DNA of 61,334 nucleotides from Promethearchaeota archaeon (lineage in GTDB: Archaea > Asgardarchaeota > Thorarchaeia > Thorarchaeales > Thorarchaeaceae): the NCBI GenBank assembly GCA_014728035.1, contig WJMJ01000045.1, forward strand, positions 1 to 61,334. The letters are read 5' to 3'. A program made the position numbers and the translations under genes. The number at the start of each line of letters is the position of its first letter. Position 1 is the stretch's first letter. A model generated the notes under the pieces. It saw only the letters and a list, made by a program, of their open reading frames with translations. It did not search any database and was not told the DNA's origin. Shown here in pieces: positions 36,075 through 46,742 of this stretch.

Positions 36075-36547
36075 GAACAGAGCAATCTGTTCCCCATTTT
36101 TTCTATAGAATTGCTTTTTCTGTTTTGCAATTCTGTCGTTTTGTGTGCAGTTTGTACACGTTTGAGACTATTTTTGATTCATATCGTCAACAATTGAAAT
36201 AATTAGATTCAGTGAGTAATACGATTGATTACCTCCTATTTACAACCTCTAAATCATGAGGTTGTTAGTCTTTTTTGAAGTGCAGCTGCGTTTTCATCTA
36301 AATCTGTTAATCTAGTGTCTTGAATATATCCAAAACCAGTCGCAAGCTTTAATAGTGAGGATTATCTCAGTCTTGATAATCACACTTTGAGTAGAGAACG
36401 CGGAAAGAGGAGATAAACTTGCCCGATTCAAGAATTTGGCAAGTTCTGAGGTTTTGCTACCGTGTACTCGGTGTACCATATGATGTATGCCACATAACAC
36501 GACGTGGGTTCTCTATAATTAACCGAAGAGTGAGGAATGATTAAAAA

Positions 36548-39500
36548 ATGAATAAGAAGAGGATAGCTCTCGTTCTGTTCCTTGCAGCAGCCATGAGTCT
36601 CTCAATGTGCTTTGCACCCATGGTACCTGTTGCACAGGCCGAAGATAATGCTCTTCCATCATTCACCCCTGAACAAGTTCAGGAGATTGAAGACTTTTAC
36701 AATAAAGTCGAATCGCCTGATTTTGTCCCAGAGGTGCATCACCTTATTTCATCTTGGCTTGCTGGCGAAGATGTTACAAATAAGATGGTTATGCGTGATG
36801 GAATGCCTAGCATTATGATCTACGGTACTGCCAATATGGATGTGGACAGAATCGAAGAAATAGTCGATGTCAGCTGGAAAGCTGACTTAAGAGCGCTCCA
36901 AGTTGTTAAGGCTTACTTGCCTTCAGCTGATTCTGTTGATGCACTTCTTGCAGTAGACGGTGTTGCCACCATTTCTGCTGATGAGAAAGCATTTGCATTC
37001 GATGATCTGAACAAGAACATCGATGTTGCACCCGTAACCGAACCTGGTTTGGATATGGAACAGGTAGCTGATATAGTAAACGCAAACGACATGTGGACAG
37101 ATTACACTGGTGCTGGTGTGACAGTCGGTCACGTTGACACTGGTTGTGACTTCGGTCACCCCGCTCTACAACATGCATTTCACCCTGATTCCTATGACCC
37201 ATCTGGTTATGCAATCACACCAACATATTACCATGCTAACAGTTCAGAAGTTACGAACATGACTGCATGGGAAGAAATGGGTTACCTGCTAACTTACGAG
37301 GATAGCGGTAGCGTTTATGTGAATGTTACAGGTTGGGATCCAACTACAAACAACAATGGTGGACCACGAAGTCTTATGGGACTCTTACCTCCATTTGGTG
37401 ATGGATATCCATACGGTAGTAACATTGGATTTGTAGGTCTCTACGAGTGGGCATGGGGTATTAGCAACGCATCAGAATTTGTTGCAAATGAGCTCTGGAA
37501 GGATTGGGAACTCCCATCCGGTATATCTGGAGATTACCAACTCGGTTGGATCTTCCAGCAGAAACAGGGTCCATATACAAAAATGTTTGCTCCCGCTCTA
37601 GTATTCAACAACAGCGGAACCTGGAACCTAGTCATTGACTGGGAAGGTGCAGAGGGCTGGTCAGCCTTTTGGAATGGTGCTATGTATTGGGAGAGTCTCG
37701 ATCTTAACGATACTGCTGACAGAACCATGATTACCGACTTGTTTGACTGGAGCTTTGCAGATGACTACGCAGATGGAGATATATACTCTCTAGCTAGTCC
37801 TATTGTAGCAGAAGACATAGACGGAGACTCAATTGTTGATTTGAGCCTCGGTGCTCTAGCATGGACTTATGACGATGCTGGCTGGTTCAGCGACGAATTA
37901 ATGTTCCAAGGTTTCCGTTCAGATGGTGATGCAATTTCACTATACTTTGACTTTGGTACTCACGGTACCGCTACTGCAGCACACGTTGCAGCTCGCGACA
38001 CTACTGAGATGTACTATCAAGCAGATAATGACAAATATGTCAACTTCACTGGAATTGCACCAGATGCAGAAATTCTCTCAGTTGCCAGTATTACTGCTGG
38101 TGGCGATTACGGAGCATATCTGTGGATTTGTGGTTTCGACTACAACTCAACCCTTGATGAATTCTACTACAACCCATCTAGTACACACCAATCAGATCTT
38201 ACAACTAACTCTTGGGGCTGGATTACAGAACCAAGCAGCGAATTTAACTACTTATCACTAACATGGACTATTCTATCAGTTCCTGGCTACCTCGATCCAT
38301 CCTACCCAGGCGTATTTCACGTCTTTTCGGCAGGTAACGAGGGTGCAGGTTTCATGACTGGAGCTCCACCAGGCTCAAGCCCAGGTGTACTCACAGTTGG
38401 TGCCTCAACAGCTAGCGAATGGCTAGGATACCTATATGGTGATACTCAACCCTATGCAAATGCATTAGCAAGCTTCACAAGCAAAGGACCAAACTTCTCT
38501 GGCTATCCAAAGCCTGATGTTGTAGCTCCTGGTCTTGCTGATTACTCAGCTAATCCATGGCATGGTCAATACCTAGGACAGTACTACTATCCAAGTCCTT
38601 ACGGATACGTTCCAACCGCTAACACTACACTATTCAGTGGTACAAGTCAGGCAGCTCCTATCGCAGCTGGTGTTGCAGCACTTGTTGTAGACGCATTAGG
38701 CTCTACACCTGCTCCATCACGAATTAAGACTATTATGCAGAGTACTGCAGATGATCTTGGTTACGATCCAGCAACACAAGGCTTCGGTCTTGTTAACGCA
38801 CAGGAAGCATGTGGATTTGCAGATGGAACTGGAATCAACTTTATTGGTGAAACAGTAGACTCCATGAACAATTATGCAGATATGCTCGATGAAGCATGGA
38901 ATTACTGGGGTACTATCTCTGGTCTAGGTGTATCAGTCAACAAGACTGCTTTCGACCATCCACGTGATATCAATGATGCATCAATCTTCTTTGGCTATGC
39001 TATGCCTGGTGAGACTCTTACAGCTCAATACAAGGTATATGCAGCAGCTGACCACTCAACTGTAATGGCCGGTGCTGGCACCGTCTATAATTGGTTCCCA
39101 ACTTATGCGGAATCATTCAGCTTTGATGGTGTAACAGATGCATACAATGACACAGCTTACATGACTGATCCTTACTTGATGTACGGATTCTACAATATTA
39201 GTGCAGAAATGAACGATCCAGCTTTCGATACTGCTCTCGATACATACGATTACATGACTGTAGTTGTATCATTTGATGCAGGAGACGTTGCTGGTGCTGA
39301 GCCCTGGATGTTCCTATACGACTGGACCGACAACAACACTGATGGAATGCCAAACGCCTACAACCAGACTACTGGTAGTGGTGACGAGCTTGACAGACTA
39401 ACCAGTGCATCAGGTCCTACCAACGTGAACATGATGCCATATGCTGTTAACACCGGAGTTTTGGGTATTACCCATAACTACACGCTAGTGATTCATGATC

Positions 39501-41314
39501 CTGTATTTGATGTGAATCAGACAGCTGTTGGAAATGACTTCACTTGTAAGATCATCTTCTGGGACATGCTTGACATTGCTGGTGACCCATCAGTTACTAT
39601 AACTGCTGACGATGGTACTCCAAACACATACAACATTTCTATGGACCTACCTGCAGATCAAGAGGCTGGAATCCTCCAAGGGTATCTTGAATTAGACACC
39701 TTCGGTCTGTACATTCCTTGGAGTGTTAATGTGGTTGCTAATGTATCCACCACTGAAGGAGCTGTCAAAACCGTTGTAGACGGATTTGGCGAGGTATTAA
39801 CTCCATTCGATGCACCAATGTATGGTTGTTTGGGTGCTGACGTAGATGATTGGGACTTCCGAAGTTTCACAATCTACAATAACCAAAGCACTGCCAATTA
39901 TCTTGGTGTACGTGTTGAGTGGCCAACTACTGGTAATTCCATGTACGTTGAATTACTCAGGAACAATGGACTATCTCTTGCTTCCAATGGAGCATCTACT
40001 GATACCAGCTCAGCAATAATTGCTGATATTTCCAACACTGGAATGGGTTACTATCACATCTTCCTACATGCAACTGCTCTCAACGGCACAGCAGATCTAC
40101 CCGGTAATTACACCGTAGAGGTCATGTGGTACGAGGCATTGAATGATGATGTGATTTTGACTTACACAACCACTGGTAATCCTTCACCAACAACATTTGC
40201 TGATGGAGAAACACTTACTGGTGACCACATCGTTCTGAATGCTACCTATCCAGACTTCAACCTACCAAACATGCCTGAATTCGAAGTTACTGACATGGAA
40301 ATGTCACTTCTGTCTGGACTTTACGAAGTCAAGACTGGATCTCTTGTAATTCCTGATGCTTCCTACGATCCGTTCTCAGGAGTAATTGACACTGATCAAT
40401 TTGCCTGGGCATATGTCGAGGGTATCAAGGACGGTGACACAGTTGATATTGTTGCAGACTTTAGCAACGGTGACTGTGACATCATGGTTTGGTGGGCTGA
40501 TATTGATAATGGCACATGGACCTATGGTAACAACCTTGTTGAAGACCAAATGGCGAGCTCTGCTCATCCTGAAATTGGACAGTTCGTAGCTGACCAAGAT
40601 GGAACAATTGCTATTGGTATCTTTGACTATGACCTGCAGGAAGGTACATACGAGGTAGAAGTTGATACTAGAACCGGTCAAACCGAAACAGCTACTGGCA
40701 GAACTGTCACATTTGACACCTACCAGATGCTAAAGAACGGTGCTTACCAAGTTCTGATTTCAGCTGAAACTAAGATCAACCTTGCTTATAGTGTCAATCT
40801 GCTAGATCTTACATTGAACAACCTAATAGCTCCAGAGCTCGAAAACATTACCATTAATGGTGATGGAGCAATCAAGAACATTGATTGGAACATAACAGAC
40901 CCCAACCTTAATGACGAGCATATCTACGAAATTTACTTGTCACAGGATGGCGGACTGACCTATCAATTGTTATCATCTGGTTTCAAGACACACAACTACA
41001 CCTGGAACTCGACAGGATTCGTCATTCGCTCTACCTACAAGGTCAGAGTAGTCGTCTTTGACAATGACACTGTTGATCGTCCAGCTGGATTTGAAGTGTG
41101 GCCTGGATTATCAGATCAGATTGAATCTGGACTGTTTGAAGCAGGAACATACACACCTCCTGAACCAACTACATCAACCTCAACCTCAACCTCCGACACA
41201 ACCACTACAACAGAAGCGCCACCAGGCGTTGACTTGTTGTGGATTGGTCTATTCGGTGGTATTGGTACTGGTGTAGTGATTGTTCTAATCCTGTACTTGG
41301 TCAAGAAGAAATAG
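36548..41314 (+). CDS. Large pyrolysin-like S8 protease with Thr-rich linker and C-terminal anchor
   Basis: GHVDTG, THGTATA, SAGNEG and FSGTSQAAP. Long insertion between catalytic Asp and His. Ends PTTSTSTSTSDTTTT-TM-KKK. Confidence 0.93.
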   Translation: MNKKRIALVLFLAAAMSLSMCFAPMVPVAQAEDNALPSFTPEQVQEIEDFYNKVESPDFVPEVHHLISSWLAGEDVTNKMVMRDGMPSIMIYGTANMDVDRIEEIVDVSWKADLRALQVVKAYLPSADSVDALLAVDGVATISADEKAFAFDDLNKNIDVAPVTEPGLDMEQVADIVNANDMWTDYTGAGVTVGHVDTGCDFGHPALQHAFHPDSYDPSGYAITPTYYHANSSEVTNMTAWEEMGYLLTYEDSGSVYVNVTGWDPTTNNNGGPRSLMGLLPPFGDGYPYGSNIGFVGLYEWAWGISNASEFVANELWKDWELPSGISGDYQLGWIFQQKQGPYTKMFAPALVFNNSGTWNLVIDWEGAEGWSAFWNGAMYWESLDLNDTADRTMITDLFDWSFADDYADGDIYSLASPIVAEDIDGDSIVDLSLGALAWTYDDAGWFSDELMFQGFRSDGDAISLYFDFGTHGTATAAHVAARDTTEMYYQADNDKYVNFTGIAPDAEILSVASITAGGDYGAYLWICGFDYNSTLDEFYYNPSSTHQSDLTTNSWGWITEPSSEFNYLSLTWTILSVPGYLDPSYPGVFHVFSAGNEGAGFMTGAPPGSSPGVLTVGASTASEWLGYLYGDTQPYANALASFTSKGPNFSGYPKPDVVAPGLADYSANPWHGQYLGQYYYPSPYGYVPTANTTLFSGTSQAAPIAAGVAALVVDALGSTPAPSRIKTIMQSTADDLGYDPATQGFGLVNAQEACGFADGTGINFIGETVDSMNNYADMLDEAWNYWGTISGLGVSVNKTAFDHPRDINDASIFFGYAMPGETLTAQYKVYAAADHSTVMAGAGTVYNWFPTYAESFSFDGVTDAYNDTAYMTDPYLMYGFYNISAEMNDPAFDTALDTYDYMTVVVSFDAGDVAGAEPWMFLYDWTDNNTDGMPNAYNQTTGSGDELDRLTSASGPTNVNMMPYAVNTGVLGITHNYTLVIHDPVFDVNQTAVGNDFTCKIIFWDMLDIAGDPSVTITADDGTPNTYNISMDLPADQEAGILQGYLELDTFGLYIPWSVNVVANVSTTEGAVKTVVDGFGEVLTPFDAPMYGCLGADVDDWDFRSFTIYNNQSTANYLGVRVEWPTTGNSMYVELLRNNGLSLASNGASTDTSSAIIADISNTGMGYYHIFLHATALNGTADLPGNYTVEVMWYEALNDDVILTYTTTGNPSPTTFADGETLTGDHIVLNATYPDFNLPNMPEFEVTDMEMSLLSGLYEVKTGSLVIPDASYDPFSGVIDTDQFAWAYVEGIKDGDTVDIVADFSNGDCDIMVWWADIDNGTWTYGNNLVEDQMASSAHPEIGQFVADQDGTIAIGIFDYDLQEGTYEVEVDTRTGQTETATGRTVTFDTYQMLKNGAYQVLISAETKINLAYSVNLLDLTLNNLIAPELENITINGDGAIKNIDWNITDPNLNDEHIYEIYLSQDGGLTYQLLSSGFKTHNYTWNSTGFVIRSTYKVRVVVFDNDTVDRPAGFEVWPGLSDQIESGLFEAGTYTPPEPTTSTSTSTSDTTTTTEAPPGVDLLWIGLFGGIGTGVVIVLILYLVKKK

Positions 41315-41326
41315 GCTTTAGTTTAA

Positions 41327-41362
41327 AGGGGACACAATGTCCCCTACACCTTTCTTTTTTTG
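41327..41362 (+). terminator. Hairpin plus T-tract terminator
   Basis: aggggaca-caa-tgtcccct followed by ctttctttttttg. Confidence 0.65.
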
Positions 41363-41412
41363 TTTCTATTACATCCAAAAGATAATGTAACTGTGGCAAA
41401 ATAAAAAATAAT

Positions 41413-42036
41413 TTACGAATGAAATTTCTCTCTAATTATGATATCAAGAATTGTTTTTCTAGGTCTTTTTTTAGGTACTTTGCCATCTGGATAATCCGGA
41501 ATTCCAATTGGAATTAACGCAACAGGTCGGATCTCATTTGGTATCTCGAGAATTTGTTTTATGGTTGCTTCATCGAAAGCACCAATCCAAACTGATCCGT
41601 ATCCCATGCAATGACTTGCTAATAGGATATTTTCAGTCAAGGCAGCAGTGTCTTGATATACATAGAGTGTTTTTCCCCTCTCTCCATAACGTTCTTCTGA
41701 TTCAGCAGGTACCGCACAAATCACAAGAATGACTGGTGCCTTTGCAATGAATTTCTGACCATAAGCACCATCTGCAAGATCCGATTTGATTTTGTTTTTT
41801 CTAACAATTATAATTCTCCATGGTTGTCGATTGCCTGCACTTGGTGCACTCAGACCAACTCGTATGATTTCATCTATATCTTGGCTTGGGATATCCGTAT
41901 TTTTGAATTTTCTAACTGATATTCGGCTAGCAATTACATCCAATATTTCTCTTTCTTTCATCTCATCAAATCCTTTTATTGAATATATGCCAAAGAGCAC
42001 TTCTATCTTCCGAAAATCACATTTGCTATAATTCAC
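41413..42036 (-). CDS. Nitroreductase family protein
   Basis: RISVRKF, APSAGNRQPW and GYGSVWIGAF. True start is probably downstream (MKERE). Confidence 0.9.
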   Translation of the reverse strand: MNYSKCDFRKIEVLFGIYSIKGFDEMKEREILDVIASRISVRKFKNTDIPSQDIDEIIRVGLSAPSAGNRQPWRIIIVRKNKIKSDLADGAYGQKFIAKAPVILVICAVPAESEERYGERGKTLYVYQDTAALTENILLASHCMGYGSVWIGAFDEATIKQILEIPNEIRPVALIPIGIPDYPDGKVPKKRPRKTILDIIIREKFHS

Positions 42037-42048
42037 ATCGATGAATCA

Positions 42049-43119
42049 TTACATATCTAATACATCTGGATTTACTAGGTTTTCAGGGGTTTCACCATGT
42101 AATCCTTGGATTAAATTTTGTGCACATATAGTTGACATTTTTTCTCTAGTTGCGATACTAGCACTACCAATATGAGGTGCTAAAACAACATTCTCTAATT
42201 GTAGCAATTTACTGTCTGTTTCAAGTGGCTCATTTTGAAAGACATCCAGACCTGCAGCAAAGAGATGATTTTCCGAAAGTTTGGTAATCAATGCATCCTG
42301 ATTAATAATGGGCCCCCGTGATGTGTTTACTATGATAGACCCTTTGGGCATTAGTGATAACTCTCTGCTTCCAATCATATTATACGTTTCTTCTGTTAGG
42401 GGCACATGAATCGTGACAATATCTGATTTTTCGAGAAGATTATCCAAATTACATCTTGTAGCATTCAACTCTCTTTCAACTAGCTTAGTTTTTTTACTTA
42501 CTGATCGAGTTGTATACAAAATATCCATAGAAAACCCCTTGGCTCGTTTGGCTACTGCAGTTCCTATTCTACCCAATCCAATGATTCCCAAAGTAGCTCC
42601 ATAGATATCTTTTCCTAAGAGTAATTCAGGACTCCAAGCTACTTCCCATCTCTTGTTTCTAACATATCTGTCAGCTTCAACTATTCTTCGTGATGCGGCA
42701 AATATGAGTGCCCAAGTTAAATCAGCAGTAGTTTCAGTCAGAACTCCTGGTGTGTTTGTAACCATGATTTTTTTCTCTGTGGCTTTCTCAATATCGATGT
42801 TATCATACCCAACAGCATATTGTGATATTATTTTTAAATCTGACAATTTGTCTATCACTTCTGCGTCAATCGAATCTGATAGCAATGTTATAAGCCCCGA
42901 GCTATCTTTAGCTTGTCTTATAATCTCCTCTTTAGTGGGTGGAAACTCTTCCTTCCATATATGTAATTCAACTTCATCTTTTAGTAGCTTCAAACCTTTT
43001 TCAGGAATCTTTCTAGTGACAAATACTCGTTCTGTCAATTTTTCCACCGTGGTAAAATACATGTGATTCTTGCTATTTCGATAACTTACCACCTCATAAT
43101 AATTTCGAGAAAATACCAT
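42049..43119 (-). CDS. gyaR: Glyoxylate reductase / D-glycerate dehydrogenase (D-2-hydroxyacid dehydrogenase)
   Basis: AVGYDNID, VTNTPGVLTETTAD, GIIGLGRIG, NTSRG, GLDVF and PHIGSAS. No ACT domain. Confidence 0.85.
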   Translation of the reverse strand: MVFSRNYYEVVSYRNSKNHMYFTTVEKLTERVFVTRKIPEKGLKLLKDEVELHIWKEEFPPTKEEIIRQAKDSSGLITLLSDSIDAEVIDKLSDLKIISQYAVGYDNIDIEKATEKKIMVTNTPGVLTETTADLTWALIFAASRRIVEADRYVRNKRWEVAWSPELLLGKDIYGATLGIIGLGRIGTAVAKRAKGFSMDILYTTRSVSKKTKLVERELNATRCNLDNLLEKSDIVTIHVPLTEETYNMIGSRELSLMPKGSIIVNTSRGPIINQDALITKLSENHLFAAGLDVFQNEPLETDSKLLQLENVVLAPHIGSASIATREKMSTICAQNLIQGLHGETPENLVNPDVLDM

Positions 43120-43250
43120 AAATTCATATCATAGTTAGGTACTGTCCCAAATATGATACAACATGCGGTGAACCGTTTCCTTATATTTGAAATCATCGTA
43201 AATTACATAGGTAAAGTCTATCCAAAGGCTCTACGGTGGTGAAGTAAAAA

Positions 43251-43517
43251 ATGTCCCTCGATCTACCAAGAAGTGCCATCCTCGTGCTCGACCGTCTTGC
43301 GTCGGAAGGGCCAATGACTCCCAAAGACATCAGCAAGAAGGTAGATTTAGCCCCAAGGACAATTAGTTTTGCTCTGCGAAAACTATTAGGGAAGAAACTT
43401 TGTAGAAAAATTCCTAATCTGCAAGACATGCGTCAACCATTATATATGGCTGATCAAGAACGGGCTAGAGAACTCAGAATGAAATACGAGCATGTATTCC
43501 GACAAGTCCTAATCTAG
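43251..43517 (+). CDS. Small winged-HTH regulator
   Basis: GPMTPKDISKKVDLAPRTISFALRKL..PNLQDMRQPLY. Confidence 0.8.
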   Translation: MSLDLPRSAILVLDRLASEGPMTPKDISKKVDLAPRTISFALRKLLGKKLCRKIPNLQDMRQPLYMADQERARELRMKYEHVFRQVLI

Positions 43518-43611
43518 CTTGGAGTGCTAGCTCACCTTTTCCTTTTTCTATTCATGCACACGTTAGAATTAATAATGAAAACATTTTCTTATAGAGTAAG
43601 AGCTGAGAATA

Positions 43612-43797
43612 ATGGCGCATGAGGGATTAGCAATTTCATTTGTGATCATGGGTATACTCTTGATTTTGGGTTATCATTTTGGTCCAAGTAAAGAAATACG
43701 TGAGGTAAAGAGACTCGAAGGAAAGGTTATGTTACTTCCTTCTGCTATCATTCTTTTTGTCTTAGCAGCGATTGTATTTTCTGGAATTCTTGGCTAA
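43612..43797 (+). CDS. Small two-TM membrane protein
   Basis: 61 aa with two hydrophobic segments. Confidence 0.65.
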   Translation: MAHEGLAISFVIMGILLILGYHFGPSKEIREVKRLEGKVMLLPSAIILFVLAAIVFSGILG

Positions 43798-44756
43798 TCA
43801 TATTGCAATTCTAGAAGTCTGCAAAAAATTGCTGCTGAAATCAAATCTGCAGTAGATCCCGGATTAAGGACGTTGCCATCTTTTCTAAGGTATTTATCCA
43901 GTTTCTCTAACTCTTCTTCGGGATTAACTCCATTTTCATATTTCAAATGTATTTGCCCTGCAATTTCCATTATTTCTTCTGCCTTTTCCATTCCGGCTTT
44001 TTTAACAATTAAGCCATCCGGATATCTAGATAGTAACCATATGAAAGACCTTACAATTCCCTCTTCTAAATCATCCAAATTTGTTGATGTTTTCCTAAGA
44101 TAAGGAAACGTTTCATTCAATGTGATTGAAAAATATGATGCCCATTCTTTTGCAATAGAATCAACGTTTGATGATATTCGAAACAATTCAATAAGTCTTA
44201 TTGAGTCGCTCTGAATATTTTCAAGAACATCTGGATTTGAAATGTCATATCTATAATGAATTTGCGACCAATCGTGACTCTTCTGTTCATTTACTTGAGT
44301 AAGTTGAAAACTTCTATACACATCGAGTGTATCTTGAACTGTAGTCGAATCTATGATTCTTTGGATACTATCGCGAAAATATACTAAATCGAATTTTTCT
44401 TTTCTTCCAATTACCTCTCCAGCAGCGATAGCCAAAGGGATATGTAAAAGGATAGTTCCTAAGATAGTGTTTCTCTTGTTTAATCCAGTAAGTACATCTT
44501 TTGTTGAACTATGAATTAATTCTCCTACTCTTATTGACTCATAATCTCCTTTTTCAGTCCTCATCTCAAATCCCCTTCTAGCAGCATGATATAGACCCTT
44601 TGAAAAAAGGGTAGCACTAGTTAGGAAATGACGATAGCCTGTATCAGAAAATCGCCTCAACCGGTTTACATTACCAGGTTTAGGTGAGCTAACCTCTAAC
44701 AAAATGGATAATTGCCCTAAGCTAGCGATAGTCCATGGCACTTTATCAATCTCCAT
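43794..44756 (-). CDS. citG: CitG-family (triphosphoribosyl-dephospho-CoA synthase-like) protein
   Basis: LLEVSSPKPGNV, NTILGTILL, PDGLIVKK and LNPGSTADL. Confidence 0.85.
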   Translation of the reverse strand: MEIDKVPWTIASLGQLSILLEVSSPKPGNVNRLRRFSDTGYRHFLTSATLFSKGLYHAARRGFEMRTEKGDYESIRVGELIHSSTKDVLTGLNKRNTILGTILLHIPLAIAAGEVIGRKEKFDLVYFRDSIQRIIDSTTVQDTLDVYRSFQLTQVNEQKSHDWSQIHYRYDISNPDVLENIQSDSIRLIELFRISSNVDSIAKEWASYFSITLNETFPYLRKTSTNLDDLEEGIVRSFIWLLSRYPDGLIVKKAGMEKAEEIMEIAGQIHLKYENGVNPEEELEKLDKYLRKDGNVLNPGSTADLISAAIFCRLLELQYD

Positions 44757-44833
44757 CTTTTCACCTCTTTTTTCTTATAGCGCGTAGAAAGGATAATTAG
44801 GAAAGTATATTTCAGAGAATATGGGATGCCAAA

Positions 44834-45169
44834 ATGAGTATATCGGCTCGACTAACCTTTTCACAAGTTGGTATTTTTGTGTCAATCATTTCTTTTCTGG
44901 CAGTAAGAGGTTTTTTTGTAGTCCTTAAACACGGATTGTTGTGGACTTCAGTGGGTGCATATTTTGATATTGCTTTGCCCCTATTACCTGTCATTATACT
45001 AGGATTTGCCGCATGTGATATTTCATATGCGTTTTCCTATCTTGGACTTTGGTTTATTGACAATGAAAACTTCATTTTGGGTATTCTTATCATCTTTCTC
45101 TCTGTAATTATTGTGCCAGGCGCTCTTGGAGCATATTCGTGGATTTTCTATCCTTCTCCTATTCCTTAG
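44834..45169 (+). CDS. Small membrane protein
   Basis: 111 aa with about three hydrophobic segments. Confidence 0.55.
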   Translation: MSISARLTFSQVGIFVSIISFLAVRGFFVVLKHGLLWTSVGAYFDIALPLLPVIILGFAACDISYAFSYLGLWFIDNENFILGILIIFLSVIIVPGALGAYSWIFYPSPIP

Positions 45170-45905
45170 GAATTATCTCCGGAAGTATTTTCGCTGCTCT
45201 TCCCCTAAGTAGAATATCTGCAACACCATCTCTATTGGTTCCTTCCAAATTCACAAGGATGACTTTTGCACCATTATTTTTTGCAAGTTGGGGTAAGTAA
45301 GCTGCAGGATAAACTTGTAGACTTGTTCCAATTACAAGCATCAAATCGGATTTTTTACAAACTTCTATCGCGTTAGCCATTGCGTTTTCGGGAAGTGGCT
45401 CACCAAAGAGTATTGCTTCAGATTTCAATACCCCATCACATTCATCACAGTATGGTGGGATATCCCCGTTTGCAACTCTTCTATGGATTGTTTCTCCCAC
45501 ATATTCTTTTTTACACTTCATGCAATATGCTTTGAGATAGTTTCCGTGTAGTTCGATGACATGTGAATTTCCAGCACGTTGATGCAAATTATCAATATTT
45601 TGAGTTATTATACCCACAATTTTTCCAGATTTTTCCAGAGTTGCCAGAGCGTCATGTGCTGGATTCGGATCCGCTTTCAGAATGACTTCTGCGAGTTCCT
45701 GACCCATAGTCCAGAATTTCGACGGGTCACTAAGGAATCCATCATATGTCGCATATTCATATGGGTCATATCGTTCCCAAAGCCCACCTTCTGATCTGAA
45801 ATCTGGAATTCCAGAATCAACGCTAATACCTGCACCAGTGAATGCTGATATCTTCTGTGATTTTTGAATTAACTTTCTAGCTTTTTCGATTGCATCAATA
45901 GACAT
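45159..45905 (-). CDS. cobB: NAD-dependent deacylase (sirtuin)
   Basis: TGAGISVDSGIPDFR, TQNIDNLH, ELHGN, two CxxC motifs and IGTSLQVYPAA. Confidence 0.95.
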   Translation of the reverse strand: MSIDAIEKARKLIQKSQKISAFTGAGISVDSGIPDFRSEGGLWERYDPYEYATYDGFLSDPSKFWTMGQELAEVILKADPNPAHDALATLEKSGKIVGIITQNIDNLHQRAGNSHVIELHGNYLKAYCMKCKKEYVGETIHRRVANGDIPPYCDECDGVLKSEAILFGEPLPENAMANAIEVCKKSDLMLVIGTSLQVYPAAYLPQLAKNNGAKVILVNLEGTNRDGVADILLRGRAAKILPEIIPKE

Positions 45906-46106
45906 GAGGTTATGATATGCAATAGGTAACTTGTTGTTTTCGGTATATCATCTATGAACAATTCGAAACCTTTTTCTTTGCTTATTCAAGGAACACACTT
46001 GAGTCACCGAGGGGATTTGCGGCTCTGCCGTTTCCGCCTCTAAATAGTACGAAGTACTAAGCTTCTATACGTGTTTGTTAGACCTTGCAACTAAGGATAA
46101 GGCAGA

Positions 46107-46742
46107 GTGATTAGGACGATGCAAGAAAAAGAGGATACTGGGACTCACGAAACGAAATCTACTGATGAACAAGAAACCAGCATGGAATCTAGTGAAGATG
46201 TAGAGATAGCTACTGAGGACCCTACACTTACCGAGCTTGAATGTGCCAAAAAAGAAGCAGACGAGTTATTAGATAGACTTCAGAGATTACAAGCTGAATT
46301 CGATAACTACCGAAAACGAATGGACAGCAGATTCGCTGAAGCTGCTAAATTCGCCAGTGAGGGTATCCTTCTCAAGATGCTTGAAGTCTATGATAATATT
46401 TGTAGAGCGCTAGAAACGGATTTTGAAAAGGATCCAGAAGCAGCTCGTAGAGGTATTGAAGCAATAGAGAAACAGATCTCAAAGATATTTTCTCAAGAGC
46501 ATGTGAAACCTATTGAATCACTGGATAAACCCTTTGACCCATATTACCAGCATGCTGTACAGAAGATACATGATAACGAACAACCTGATGGACAAGTTGT
46601 AGCTGAGTTTCAAAAAGGGTATATGCTCAAGGAAAAAGTTCTTCGTCCAGCATTAGTTGTAGTAAACAGGCATGAGATTCCCAACATAGATGAGGAATCT
46701 ACGGAAAATGGAAGCTCACAAGAGGAAGGTGAACCGAAATGA
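46107..46742 (+). CDS. grpE: Nucleotide exchange factor GrpE
   Basis: [21 protein letters not shown] and [16 protein letters not shown]. Confidence 0.96.
   Translation: MIRTMQEKEDTGTHETKSTDEQETSMESSEDVEIATEDPTLTELECAKKEADELLDRLQRLQAEFDNYRKRMDSRFAEAAKFASEGILLKMLEVYDNICRALETDFEKDPEAARRGIEAIEKQISKIFSQEHVKPIESLDKPFDPYYQHAVQKIHDNEQPDGQVVAEFQKGYMLKEKVLRPALVVVNRHEIPNIDEESTENGSSQEEGEPK

Noticed and set aside
36312-36500. 62-aa minus-strand ORF in the protease upstream region
   Set aside because: No RBS or protein-like features. The region is better explained as promoter plus structured leader.
42049-43119. serA completing the serC operon
   Set aside because: No ACT/ASB domain, motifs fit glyoxylate reductase, and it is about 25 kb from serC.
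45906-46106. CIRCE/HrcA element before grpE
   Set aside because: TTAGCACTC-N9-GAGTGCTAA is not present.
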